From: a phage
Length of the DNA: 64,000 nt
Sequence record: OZ346222.1
Strand: one strand, 5' to 3'
Shown: positions 55,801 to 63,985 of the stretch, one piece after another
How the letters are laid out: the number at the start of each line of letters is the position of its first letter
How positions within the stretch are numbered: position 1 is the stretch's first letter
Translations under genes and position numbers: made by a program
The notes under the pieces: model-generated
Told to the model about the DNA's origin: nothing
The model's input: the letters and a program-made list of their open reading frames with translations, nothing else
The model's database searches: none

Positions 55801-56732
55801 TGCATATAGTTCTCGTTGTGGAAATAGTAATCGAGTATCTCACGGCGTTCCTGCTCCAGGAGGCAGTTCCATACATCCTCTGTGTAGTTGTTACGAATGA
55901 AGTTTACCATGCCGTAAAACTCTTCGTCAACACGTTTAAAGATATCATCATCCCAAATCTTCCAAGCTTTACCCCTCATTACGGCCTTCCGTGCCAGATA
56001 GTATGGAGACTTAATCTTCAGCTGCAGATCATAAGGGTAGTAAGGCTTACGAATCATATACCCTTCACCTCTTGTTTCTGCAGCTAATTCTTTTGCATAA
56101 CTGAACGGAATTTCACGCACAGTGTGAGGACGTTTTGCACCAAGGTATTTGGCAATCCCATCTAAAGCTGCTTCTGGTAGCATTATTCCAGAATCATTAT
56201 ATCTGCAACCTATCAAATATGCGCCACGATCTTCCTGAACAATATGCGGATCTGAGGGGTGACAAATTTCAAACATGAATGTCATATTTTCATTGCCCAT
56301 AACCTTCTTGATAAGATCTAAATTACCACATTGCTCCTGGATGGTTTCCTTTGCAAGGTTACAATATGGAGAATCAAGAGACCCGGTTGTTGAGAACAAT
56401 AGTTCACCTTTATGAGATGACACCACACCAAGGAATCCGTTCTTTTTCTCTACCGCCGTCACAAGCTTATTGTCAGGCAGGTTGGTGGAGTTTTCTCCCA
56501 AGTTAAACACTTTTGTAAAGGGCCATGCCACAACATTTCCTTCATTACCGACAACAATGCCTCGGCACTCCAGTAATCGAGGAGACAAATGCCATAAGTT
56601 GTTGTAGAATACTTTTCTGGCATATTTATAGATCTTTAACCCAAGGTCTGGGTGATATCTGCTGGTTACAAGACCTTTGTCAACTAGGTCGTCTGCATTA
56701 AAATACTTCATCATACGTTCCTCATTTGTCAT
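55797..56732 (-). CDS. rnlA: RNA ligase 1 (T4 RnlA-like)
   Basis: Track ORF; LLECRGIVV, VFNLGEN and lysine motif VEKKNGFLGVVS align with T4 RnlA LLECRGIMF, FFNLNEN, LTKEDGSLVSTY. Confidence 0.75.
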   Translation of the reverse strand: MTNEERMMKYFNADDLVDKGLVTSRYHPDLGLKIYKYARKVFYNNLWHLSPRLLECRGIVVGNEGNVVAWPFTKVFNLGENSTNLPDNKLVTAVEKKNGFLGVVSSHKGELLFSTTGSLDSPYCNLAKETIQEQCGNLDLIKKVMGNENMTFMFEICHPSDPHIVQEDRGAYLIGCRYNDSGIMLPEAALDGIAKYLGAKRPHTVREIPFSYAKELAAETRGEGYMIRKPYYPYDLQLKIKSPYYLARKAVMRGKAWKIWDDDIFKRVDEEFYGMVNFIRNNYTEDVWNCLLEQERREILDYYFHNENYMQ

Positions 56733-56775
56733 TTTGTCAGTCTATCCTGCCACACAAATAACCTAGTGTCAACAC

Positions 56776-56804
56776 TTGAAATTAACAAAACAGTTAGGTA
56801 TACT
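56776..56804 (+). promoter_or_regulatory. sigma70-like promoter in divergent intergenic region
   Basis: TTGAAA, 17-nt spacer, TATACT. Confidence 0.5.
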
Positions 56805-56832
56805 ATCGTTGAAATTAAAACGGAGGATTACT

Positions 56833-57243
56833 ATGTCTAAAATGCTATATATCGTGCGTGGTCTACCAGGGTCTGGCAAATCAACACTGGCAAGTGCGCT
56901 ATCTTTAGAAGGTCTGTATCCACATTTTGAGAACGACATGTTCTGGTACGACGATGATGGAAATTACAACTGGGATGCAAGTAAAGTAACACTTGCAGCA
57001 AAATGGTGCAAAGATAACGTAGAAGATATGATGCGTATGGGATACGACCGTATCGTGGTAAGTAATACATTTACAAAAGAAAAATATGTGCAAGAATATA
57101 TTGACATGGCGATCAGTCATGGGTATAGTTATACCGTAATCGTGGTTGAAAACCGCCATGGTAGTAAAAGCATTCATGATGTTCCAGACAGGGTTGTGGA
57201 TCGTATGGAACGCCAGCTTAAAAACTGCATTAAACTTAAATGA
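56833..57243 (+). CDS. polynucleotide 5'-kinase domain protein (T4 Pnk kinase-like)
   Basis: Track ORF 56776..57243 trimmed to ATG after ACGGAGGA RBS; P-loop GLPGSGKST as in T4 Pnkp. Confidence 0.65.
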   Translation: MSKMLYIVRGLPGSGKSTLASALSLEGLYPHFENDMFWYDDDGNYNWDASKVTLAAKWCKDNVEDMMRMGYDRIVVSNTFTKEKYVQEYIDMAISHGYSYTVIVVENRHGSKSIHDVPDRVVDRMERQLKNCIKLK

Positions 57244-57250
57244 GGAATGT

Positions 57251-57805
57251 ATGAAATACTTTGTAACAAGCGACACACACTTTCTCCACCAGCGGGTCAT
57301 GGAGTTTGACTCATGTCAAAAACACAGATCTCAGTATGATCACAATCTTGACAGTATGAATGCGGGGATCATCACCAAGTGGAACTCTGTTGTGTCACCT
57401 GCAGACACTGTGTTTCACTTAGGAGATATTGCGTGCACTAATGATAAGAATATTAACAAATTGCTCCCAGATGTTCTAAATATGTTGAACGGACATATTA
57501 TTCTTGTTCGTGGTAACCATGACACAAGGACGACTGTCAGAATTATGAAAGAGTTCGGTCATGAGGTTGTAGATTATTACGAGCTTCGCCACAACAAGAA
57601 TTTGATCTGTATGAGCCATTACCAGTTTGCAAAGTGGAACAGAAAGCCTCACGGATCGGTCCAACTGTTCGGTCATGCTCACGGAACCACACAGCAGTTG
57701 TTTGGCAGGCAGTTTGATGTCGGTTGGGATGTGTGGGGGAGACTCTTACCATTAGAAGAGGCATACCGTATTGCAATGAGTCTTGCTATTGACAGCGTGG
57801 AGTAA
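57251..57805 (+). CDS. calcineurin-like metallophosphoesterase
   Basis: Track ORF 57146..57805 trimmed to ATG after GAGGAA RBS; motifs DTHF, GDIA, GNHD, GHAHG. Confidence 0.7.
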   Translation: MKYFVTSDTHFLHQRVMEFDSCQKHRSQYDHNLDSMNAGIITKWNSVVSPADTVFHLGDIACTNDKNINKLLPDVLNMLNGHIILVRGNHDTRTTVRIMKEFGHEVVDYYELRHNKNLICMSHYQFAKWNRKPHGSVQLFGHAHGTTQQLFGRQFDVGWDVWGRLLPLEEAYRIAMSLAIDSVE

Positions 57806-57852
57806 TCCCTGCTATTTTAAAGAAAATTGCCACACAAGGAGAATCAGGAGAT

Positions 57853-58203
57853 ATGAAAGATGGGGATAAGCTGCTATATCTTAAAGTCCCCCTTGAAATA
57901 CTGTCTATGTCAAAAGTTTTGAATGACACAACTGGTGAGGTTGTTGTTCTTGACTTATATGACAAGATCGTATACTGCTACCTGCACAACTGGTATAAGC
58001 TTGGAGGAAATTCACGCTTCACGCCCAGCACAAGGAAAATTGCAGCAGATATTGGGATAAAGAAAACAAAAGCAGCAGCGTGCGTTAAAACTTTAGAATG
58101 TGCAGGAGTGGTTGAAATATCCACGCAAGGGAGAGGTAAAAGATGCACATTTTCCAAAGTTTTGCCACCAGAAGAAGTTATTCGAATGTCAACAACTGGT
58201 TAG
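57853..58203 (+). CDS. hypothetical protein (116 aa)
   Basis: Track ORF; AAGGAGAA RBS. Confidence 0.55.
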   Translation: MKDGDKLLYLKVPLEILSMSKVLNDTTGEVVVLDLYDKIVYCYLHNWYKLGGNSRFTPSTRKIAADIGIKKTKAAACVKTLECAGVVEISTQGRGKRCTFSKVLPPEEVIRMSTTG

Positions 58204-58278
58204 ACCAGTAAAAACTTAAATATCTGTACTATAAGGATTCGTATGTTTTATGTTCACTCTGGAACAGAGGTTAGTAAC

Positions 58279-58361
58279 TGTCCGTGATACGGACACTACT
58301 GTCCGTCACGCGGACACATCTGTCCGTAATACGGACACTAACTGTCCGTGATACGGACACA
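58279..58361. repeat. tandem array of four palindromic sites (C)TGTCCGT-N4/5-ACGGACA(C)
   Basis: Copies at about 58279, 58299, 58320, 58343; period 20-23 bp. Confidence 0.85.
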
Positions 58362-58499
58362 TAAAGAATATAACTAAAATAACTAAATAATAAAAAAAAT
58401 AAAAGATCTAGTACTTATGGTACTAAGTACATATACTTAACTTATGTAGAATATACTAGATCCTAAGTACCATGTTTTAAATTTATTACTTACTATAGG

Positions 58500-58860
58500 T
58501 AGTGTCGGCCCTTCATTGGCACTCGCCTACGAGGGGGCGAGATGCCGGGCCTCCTTGGTGCACACAATAACAGAAGTGCATACATGAAGGTCTGTTAACA
58601 TGTGTGGGAGCGAAGCGATAGCGCAGGCCAAAGGCCGAGCACTGATGTGGACCACCGACGAAAGCTTGCCAGCGCCGTAAGGAGTCGGTTGAGAGTCTCC
58701 CGCGCGAGCTTGGATGAAGTTTATGTGTGGAAACGGACAAGAAGGCCCCTAAATCGCTCCACAGCTATATAAACTATACCAGGTAAGGCAATCGCACCAG
58801 TTTGATAGAAAAGCTCGTTACAAAGCGATACAGTGAGTTTTTCTATAACTTGAAGAGGAG
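58500..58860 (+). other. GC-rich structured non-coding segment (candidate ncRNA; strand unknown)
   Basis: No rightward ORF; many short inverted repeats (GGCCC...GGGCC, CTCGCC...GGCGAG, TGCAC...GTGCA); GC content visibly above flanks. Confidence 0.3.
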
Positions 58861-58866
58861 GCAGCT

Positions 58867-59445
58867 ATGAGTCCACGCAAAGATGACCGTGAAAAGATTG
58901 CAAAACGTTATCAGAATGAAGAACAGATGGAGAAAACTTTCAAGTGGAAGCCAGGTTTCCAGCGTAATCATTCTAACGCTCGTGATCGTAAGCATCCGGA
59001 TAAGTGGTTAACACCGCCAAATGATGGCATGCAGGTTGGGGATGAGAAGGAGCTGTCACCTGGAAAAGATGGCAACTACATTCGCACTAAGGAAGCAGGT
59101 CCAAAGGATGACAGCTATCTTGTAGATAAGGTTCTTGACGGTGTTGATGTAGGTGTTGACACTGTACGAAACCTTTTTCTTGGTTGGTATCGCACAGGGT
59201 TTTTCGACATCAAGGCTATTCGTCGTGTTTGTGATATTAAAAAGTCTGCCTACGATGATGATTCCCTACATCGCACTCTGAGACAATACTCAGAGAGGTA
59301 CGGTCATCCAGTTATCACTCTTGACGATATTAACGAAGTTATGTATCATGTAGAGGTTGTTGCAGGTAGGTTCGGTGATGCATATCTCGGTATTCTTTCT
59401 GCAAAGGATGAGGTAATGTTAAATAAGATTTACTATGAACGCTGA
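58867..59445 (+). CDS. hypothetical protein (192 aa)
   Basis: Track ORF; GAGGAGG RBS. Confidence 0.6.
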   Translation: MSPRKDDREKIAKRYQNEEQMEKTFKWKPGFQRNHSNARDRKHPDKWLTPPNDGMQVGDEKELSPGKDGNYIRTKEAGPKDDSYLVDKVLDGVDVGVDTVRNLFLGWYRTGFFDIKAIRRVCDIKKSAYDDDSLHRTLRQYSERYGHPVITLDDINEVMYHVEVVAGRFGDAYLGILSAKDEVMLNKIYYER

Positions 59446-59455
59446 GGGGCGATTA

Positions 59456-59644
59456 ATGAACAATCCGGTAGCAAAGAACTGTAATAAATTCAACAAGTCT
59501 GCGATTCACACTGACAGGAAAAAGAGTTGGTTTCCTGACATTGACGAGGAGCTTGAGAGTTACTTTGAAGATTTAGTCACCAATGCAGATGAGGTTGCGA
59601 TTAAAGAATACGCAGACAGGAGGGATAAGGCCGGAATCTGTTGA
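59456..59644 (+). CDS. hypothetical protein (62 aa)
   Basis: Track ORF 59435..59644 trimmed to ATG after GAGGGG RBS. Confidence 0.45.
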   Translation: MNNPVAKNCNKFNKSAIHTDRKKSWFPDIDEELESYFEDLVTNADEVAIKEYADRRDKAGIC

Positions 59645-59669
59645 CAAAAATAATGTTACCTGATAAGAT
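59641..59669 (+). promoter_or_regulatory. sigma70-like promoter
   Basis: TTGACA, 17-nt spacer, TAAGAT. Confidence 0.45.
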
Positions 59670-59720
59670 CTGCAATATGATGTGATACAATTTTAACTTA
59701 CGAGGTCTACAGGTAATGCT

Positions 59721-59963
59721 ATGTTTAAGGTTAAGCTCGTTTTTCGTTCCATGAATGAGGATTATTTAGAAGATGAAGGTGAATTTCGTGCACTGGATGA
59801 TGCAATAGATTTTGCCAACGACTTAGCTTGTATGAATACGGGTTATGGGCTATGCTGTTGGGATGGTGGTGTTCAGATCGGTGATAGCAAGATCTTCTAC
59901 TTCTACCCTGAGCCTGATAACAAACAAATTAAGTATGTTTTATTTATTTGTGCTTTACAATGA
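59721..59963 (+). CDS. hypothetical protein (80 aa)
   Basis: Track ORF. Confidence 0.5.
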   Translation: MFKVKLVFRSMNEDYLEDEGEFRALDDAIDFANDLACMNTGYGLCCWDGGVQIGDSKIFYFYPEPDNKQIKYVLFICALQ

Positions 59964-60251
59964 GGTTGTTTTCGTGTATCATGATGAATATCCAATTTAA
60001 AGATGAATTTGATGGCTTTATCTCCGGATGCTTTGAAACAGGGTTCGGAGAAGGCTGAGTTCCCCTTAGAGGGCTTGATAGTGCACCACACTTAAAATGG
60101 TAGGGGCAGCCAGCACATGACGATGTGACCCCAGCCAACCTGTAATAAGGTCGAGCCAAAGTGCGGTAATGGGCTCTGGTAACCCACTTGTTGGGTCTTG
60201 CTGGTCCAGGACGCTGGACAAGTCGCAGGGAATACCACCCTGCGGCGAACT

Positions 60252-60281
60252 TGACAATCAGTATTTGCTATGATAAAATCC
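60252..60281 (+). promoter_or_regulatory. sigma70-like promoter
   Basis: TTGACA, 17-nt spacer, TAAAAT. Confidence 0.5.
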
Positions 60282-60307
60282 ACCTATCACGTGATAATGG
60301 AGGAAAC

Positions 60308-60646
60308 ATGGCGGATACAACTAAAAAGCGTCGCCGTAGAGGCAGACCTCTGAAAGAGGAGTCCAACGCCATTCAGCTAGAGAAGAACATCCTTGATATG
60401 AAGGAATCTTTTATAGCGATGGTTCCAGAAGCTCACAAAGTTTTAAGAGAGCTGATGTTGGACCCGAAAACCAAACAAAATATTCGTCAAAGCATTGCAG
60501 AGTATGTTCTTGATAAGGCAGACCGAATGCAGGAAGAATATGATGAGATGTTTGGTGAAGAGGAAGAGGTGGTAGTGGAAGAGGCTGAAAAACCAGCACC
60601 TTTTATGCCATTTACTACAGAAATACAGCCTGTTAGCAATAGCTAA
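60308..60646 (+). CDS. hypothetical basic/acidic protein (112 aa)
   Basis: Track ORF 60188..60646 trimmed to ATG after TGGAGGAAAC RBS, downstream of promoter. Confidence 0.55.
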   Translation: MADTTKKRRRRGRPLKEESNAIQLEKNILDMKESFIAMVPEAHKVLRELMLDPKTKQNIRQSIAEYVLDKADRMQEEYDEMFGEEEEVVVEEAEKPAPFMPFTTEIQPVSNS

Positions 60647-60742
60647 AATATTTTCTTGACAAACTTTGCTTAACAGTGTAATATTGTAAACATGGTCTCC
60701 CACCTTTTCTGGCGGCTAAGGTGTAAAAGAAAGCCACCCAGT

Positions 60743-60817
60743 GCCCTGTTAGCTTAGTGGATAAAGCAGCGGCCTTCTAAGCCGTTGACACTGGTTCGAG
60801 TCCAGTACGGGGTGCCA
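60743..60817 (+). tRNA. tRNA-Arg (anticodon TCT)
   Basis: Manual fold: 7-bp acceptor with G-U pairs, anticodon loop CTTCTAA, T-loop TTCGAGT, 3' CCA encoded. Confidence 0.7.
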
Positions 60818-60821
60818 AATT

Positions 60822-60908
60822 GGGGAGTTATCCCGTAGAGGTAGCGGTGTAGACTGTAAATCTATTGTCATTGCGACTCGGGTGGTTCGACTCCACCACT
60901 CCCCACCA
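60822..60908 (+). tRNA. tRNA-Tyr (anticodon GTA), long variable arm
   Basis: Acceptor GGGGAGT/ACTCCCC, anticodon loop CTGTAAA, long extra arm, T-loop TTCGACT, CCA encoded. Confidence 0.75.
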
Positions 60909-61022
60909 AATTTATATTTTTAGATGCATAAATAATACAGATAATGGCATTGATATTTATCGTCGTTTATACTAGTCACTAACTGCTCGAAAATCAGTGT
61001 CATTATCAGTATAATTTATAAA

Positions 61023-61113
61023 GGAGGGTAGGGAGCAATGGTGCTCAAGCGGTATTGAAAACCGTCCCGTTGAGGATGACTCGATGATGGTTCGATTCCA
61101 TTACTCTCCGCCA
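61023..61113 (+). tRNA. tRNA-Ser (anticodon TGA), long variable arm
   Basis: Acceptor GGAGGGT/ACTCTCC, anticodon loop ATTGAAA, about 20-nt extra arm, T-loop TTCGATT, CCA encoded. Confidence 0.7.
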
Positions 61114-61211
61114 CATTGTTGACCTTGTAATTAAGCGAAAGCCGGAAGCAGAACCGGATTATCAAATGTTACAGTCGTCATCGCCGACTAGCAACATGGT
61201 CAACATACTGA

Positions 61212-61308
61212 GCTAGGTAAGCCCTTTGGCAAGGGCGAGGATTTTTAATCCTGAAAATAGACGAGGTAGTCGTTGAATACATAGGTGGTTCGATTCCATC
61301 ACCTAGCA
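61212..61308 (+). tRNA. atypical tRNA-like gene (possible anticodon TTT) with about 30-nt extra arm
   Basis: Acceptor GCTAGGT/ACCTAGC, D-arm GCCC/GGGC, 4-bp anticodon stem with loop TTTTTAA, T-arm GGTGG TTCGATT CCATC; no CCA; extra region too long for a canonical tRNA. Confidence 0.35.
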
Positions 61309-61315
61309 CCTTTTT

Positions 61316-61391
61316 GCTGATGTAGCACAATCGGTAGTGCAATTGATTTGTAATCAATAGGTTGTAGGTTCAAGTCCTGCCATCAGCACCA
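61316..61391 (+). tRNA. tRNA-Thr (anticodon TGT)
   Basis: Acceptor GCTGATG/CATCAGC, anticodon stem ATTGA/TCAAT with loop TTTGTAA, T-loop TTCAAGT, CCA encoded. Confidence 0.75.
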
Positions 61392-61392
61392 A

Positions 61393-61467
61393 GGCCCTGT
61401 AGCTGGAAGGTTCAAGCAAGCGACTCATAATCGCCAGACGGTGGTTCAATTCCACCCAGGGCCACCA
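61393..61467 (+). tRNA. tRNA-Met or Ile2 (anticodon CAT), elongator type
   Basis: Acceptor GGCCCTG/CAGGGCC (G1-C72 paired), anticodon loop CTCATAA, T-loop TTCAATT, CCA encoded. Confidence 0.7.
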
Positions 61468-61478
61468 AATAGTAAATA

Positions 61479-61555
61479 CTCCGCGTAGCTCAGCTTGGTA
61501 GAGCGCCTGATTTGGGATCAGGAGGTCGAGTGTTCGAATCACTCCGTGGAGACCA
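61479..61555 (+). tRNA. tRNA-Pro (anticodon TGG)
   Basis: Acceptor CTCCGCG/CGTGGAG, anticodon stem CCTGA/TCAGG with loop TTTGGGA, T-loop TTCGAAT, CCA encoded. Confidence 0.75.
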
Positions 61556-61601
61556 CTTTCAGTTATACTTTAAACATATATAAACAAAAGGAACCTTTAA
61601 A

Positions 61602-61871
61602 ATGTATACACTTAAAATTGTAGAGCGTGTAAATCCAACTCATACCGTAGATTTTCGTGACGATTTCAATCCTCTGGCTGTAAATCTTCGAGAGTCATAT
61701 CATGAACTCAGCTGCGATGCAGTGGTGGTCTTTTTTGAAGACAACTCTGAAGGGGCGGTAGCTTGTGTTGTTGATAGTGAGCAGAAGTTTTATATTTACA
61801 GAGATGTAGATGCATACTTGATGAATGAAAATGCAGTTACTGTTAGAATCATCCACCGAGTGCCTCGATAA
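61602..61871 (+). CDS. hypothetical protein (89 aa)
   Basis: Track ORF; AAAGGAAC RBS. Confidence 0.55.
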   Translation: MYTLKIVERVNPTHTVDFRDDFNPLAVNLRESYHELSCDAVVVFFEDNSEGAVACVVDSEQKFYIYRDVDAYLMNENAVTVRIIHRVPR

Positions 61872-61924
61872 GTATTAGTCTCCTTTTAGTTAGTTTCGAT
61901 CTATTTAGGTTACTCAATTTTAAC

Positions 61925-61958
61925 CCGCCCCGTTAGCTGTATAGCTGCGGGGTTTTTT
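61925..61958 (+). terminator. intrinsic terminator
   Basis: CCCCG ... CGGGG stem with internal AGCTGTATAGCT hairpin, followed by TTTTTTCG. Confidence 0.65.
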
Positions 61959-61976
61959 CGTTTCTGGAGCCTTAAA

Positions 61977-62375
61977 ATGATTTCAGTTTTAACATGGCTG
62001 AGCAGGTATAAAGGGATCATAAAAGGTTTAGTTTTTGCAGCTGCGATAGGTACAGCTTATCTTGGGGCCGTGTATTGGTTTAACTCTAAGCTTAATGATG
62101 CCTACCAAGAAGGTGTGTCAGCAACAGAGTTAAAGTGGGAACGGATCCTTGATCAGCAACAAAAGCAGGCCGACAAAATTAAAATGGGCCACGCAGAGGA
62201 GGTTAAAAACCTTGAAAAATCCCTTTCTGATCTGCAGGATAAATTAAATATAGCTGAGAAGGCAGGTAAAGAAAAGCAGATTATCTACCTCCAGTCACCT
62301 GAAGGCAAGAAGTCAACACTTCCTGATCAGCTTATAGATATTTATAATGAGAGTATCAATCAGGAGGATCAATGA
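61977..62375 (+). CDS. i-spanin (Rz-like): N-terminal TM anchor plus periplasmic coiled coil
   Basis: Track ORF; TM helix LVFAAAIGTAYLGAVYWF then charged helical region; stop overlaps next start. Confidence 0.55.
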   Translation: MISVLTWLSRYKGIIKGLVFAAAIGTAYLGAVYWFNSKLNDAYQEGVSATELKWERILDQQQKQADKIKMGHAEEVKNLEKSLSDLQDKLNIAEKAGKEKQIIYLQSPEGKKSTLPDQLIDIYNESINQEDQ

Positions 62376-62659
62376 GAGTTGCTACACTGTTTATTGTGTG
62401 CTTGTTATTATGTGGGTGTGCAACCAGCGTTGAGAGAGAATACAAGATTGACCCTCCTGATGTAGGAAGGTTGATTGTTAAACCCCCGGAAGGTGCCATG
62501 AAACCACCTGCTAAAGCTATGCCTTTGAAGAAAGGTGCGCCAGATGCAGTGAATTCTGGCATTATGAGGGATAATAATCTGTCTTGTAGCAATGATAGAG
62601 CTAAATTGATCATTTTGCAAGACTATATTAGAACACTTTTTCCAAAGGAGAGAGGTTAA
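62372..62659 (+). CDS. o-spanin (Rz1-like) outer-membrane lipoprotein
   Basis: Track ORF; signal peptide with Cys cluster LLLCGCAT (non-canonical lipobox) and proline-rich mature region PPDVGRLIVKPPEGAMKPPAKAMP. Confidence 0.5.
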   Translation: MRVATLFIVCLLLCGCATSVEREYKIDPPDVGRLIVKPPEGAMKPPAKAMPLKKGAPDAVNSGIMRDNNLSCSNDRAKLIILQDYIRTLFPKERG

Positions 62660-63087
62660 TGTCTAAGATTTACGGACCGTGTTCTGAAAAGCAGAAGATG
62701 ATCCTAGAAAACGATGCAGATATTTTGGTAATCGGCGGTGCCGCAGGGTCTGGCAAGTCGTTCCTCTTGCAATTGATGCCACTTAAAATTATTGATGACC
62801 CCCACAGCTCTGTGGTTATGTTCCGAAGAACAACCCCACAGTTGGAAGGTGAGGGTGGATTATGGCCTAAAGCAGTAGCTATTTATAGTGATCTGCCTGA
62901 AAACATTAAGCCAAAGTTTAGAGAGAAGGATCATAAGTTCATTTTTCCACGGTTTGATCCGAACACTGGCAAGTGGGATAGAAGCAAAAAGGGAGCTGTT
63001 GTAAAATACTGCCACATGGAGTATGTACAAGATAAGCTTAACCATCAGGGGCTTGAGTACACCATGGTTTGCTTCGATGAGGGTTAA
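62659..63087 (+). CDS. terminase large subunit, 5' exon (ATPase domain through Walker B)
   Basis: Track ORF; Walker A ILVIGGAAGSGKSFL and Walker B TMVCFDE, frame closes immediately after Walker B where intron sequence begins. Confidence 0.65.
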   Translation: MSKIYGPCSEKQKMILENDADILVIGGAAGSGKSFLLQLMPLKIIDDPHSSVVMFRRTTPQLEGEGGLWPKAVAIYSDLPENIKPKFREKDHKFIFPRFDPNTGKWDRSKKGAVVKYCHMEYVQDKLNHQGLEYTMVCFDEG

Positions 63088-63985
63088 TTTGTAGCTCTCG
63101 TAAAACCTCCCTAATTGCGGGGAAATCTTTATTATTGACACCACCAACCTGTCATGGTAACATGACAGAGGCTTCGAAGAGAGATCGAAGGTATGGTAAC
63201 AGTGTGTTAATTTAGATAATCCGCAGCGAAGCATCCGAGAGGATGAACGTTCAACGACTAGTCGAAAGACGTAGAATCAAGCGATTCGAAACGGGAGGGT
63301 GAATGTGTAATACTAAGAAATGTATGGATTGCCAAAGAGTTCTACCTATTGATGATTTCTTTTTATCATCTAAGAGCAAGGATGGATACTCAGGTACATG
63401 CAAGGAATGCTATATGTACTACAGGAAGGGTGGATCTCGTAAAAACAAAAATATGGTTAAGAGAGATGATGCAGCATTGTTTATTCAAGACTTGCTGAAG
63501 AAAGGTGAACTTTTTGAATGCAAATCTTGTCATGAAAGTATGCTCGCTGATAGTTTTTACACAAAACGTGACTATGGTAAAGTATATCTGGTTACGAACA
63601 GGTGTAAGATGTGTGAAAAGTTTTATCAGATTGAGAAGAAATTTCACATAACAAAAGATGAATACTATCGTCTACTCTCAGATCAAGATCATAAGTGTGC
63701 CATTTGTAGAATATCCCTTGATGAGTATAGGACGCAAGGGTATAGAGATTTCTTTTGTGTTGATCATGACCATAAAACTGGTGCTGTAAGAGGGTTGCTT
63801 TGTGATAAATGCAACAGAGCTTTAGGTTTCTTCCAAGAGGATGAGGAAACTATTCTTAGAGCGGCAGAGTATTTACACATTCATAAGATATAGTCTGGTC
63901 TGCATGGAGACATGCAGCTGCCTGAAAATGGCGGGGCAAGACTAGCGACCTTGCCCGAACATAAACGACACAATTCGAATGGGAG
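63088..63985 (+). mobile_element. group I self-splicing intron with internal homing endonuclease ORF (boundaries approximate, 3' end not resolved)
   Basis: Core elements P AATTGCGGGGAAA (about 63113), Q AATCCGCAGC (about 63218), R GTTCAACGACTAGTC (about 63249), S-like AAGACTAGCGACC (about 63938). Confidence 0.6.
63303..63893 (+). CDS. HNH / endonuclease VII-type homing endonuclease (intron-encoded)
   Basis: Track ORF; GGAGGG RBS; CVDHDHKTGAVRGLLCDKCNRALGFF core motif plus N-terminal Cys-rich zinc-binding segments. Confidence 0.75.
   Translation: MCNTKKCMDCQRVLPIDDFFLSSKSKDGYSGTCKECYMYYRKGGSRKNKNMVKRDDAALFIQDLLKKGELFECKSCHESMLADSFYTKRDYGKVYLVTNRCKMCEKFYQIEKKFHITKDEYYRLLSDQDHKCAICRISLDEYRTQGYRDFFCVDHDHKTGAVRGLLCDKCNRALGFFQEDEETILRAAEYLHIHKI

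Noticed and set aside
58513-58740. 75-aa minus-strand ORF
   Set aside because: Lies wholly within the GC-rich structured segment, has no RBS, and is Arg/Cys/His-rich as expected for a chance frame in GC-rich sequence
59903-60283. Four overlapping minus-strand ORFs of 62-71 aa
   Set aside because: Mutually overlapping in different frames, no start context, antisense to the local transcription direction
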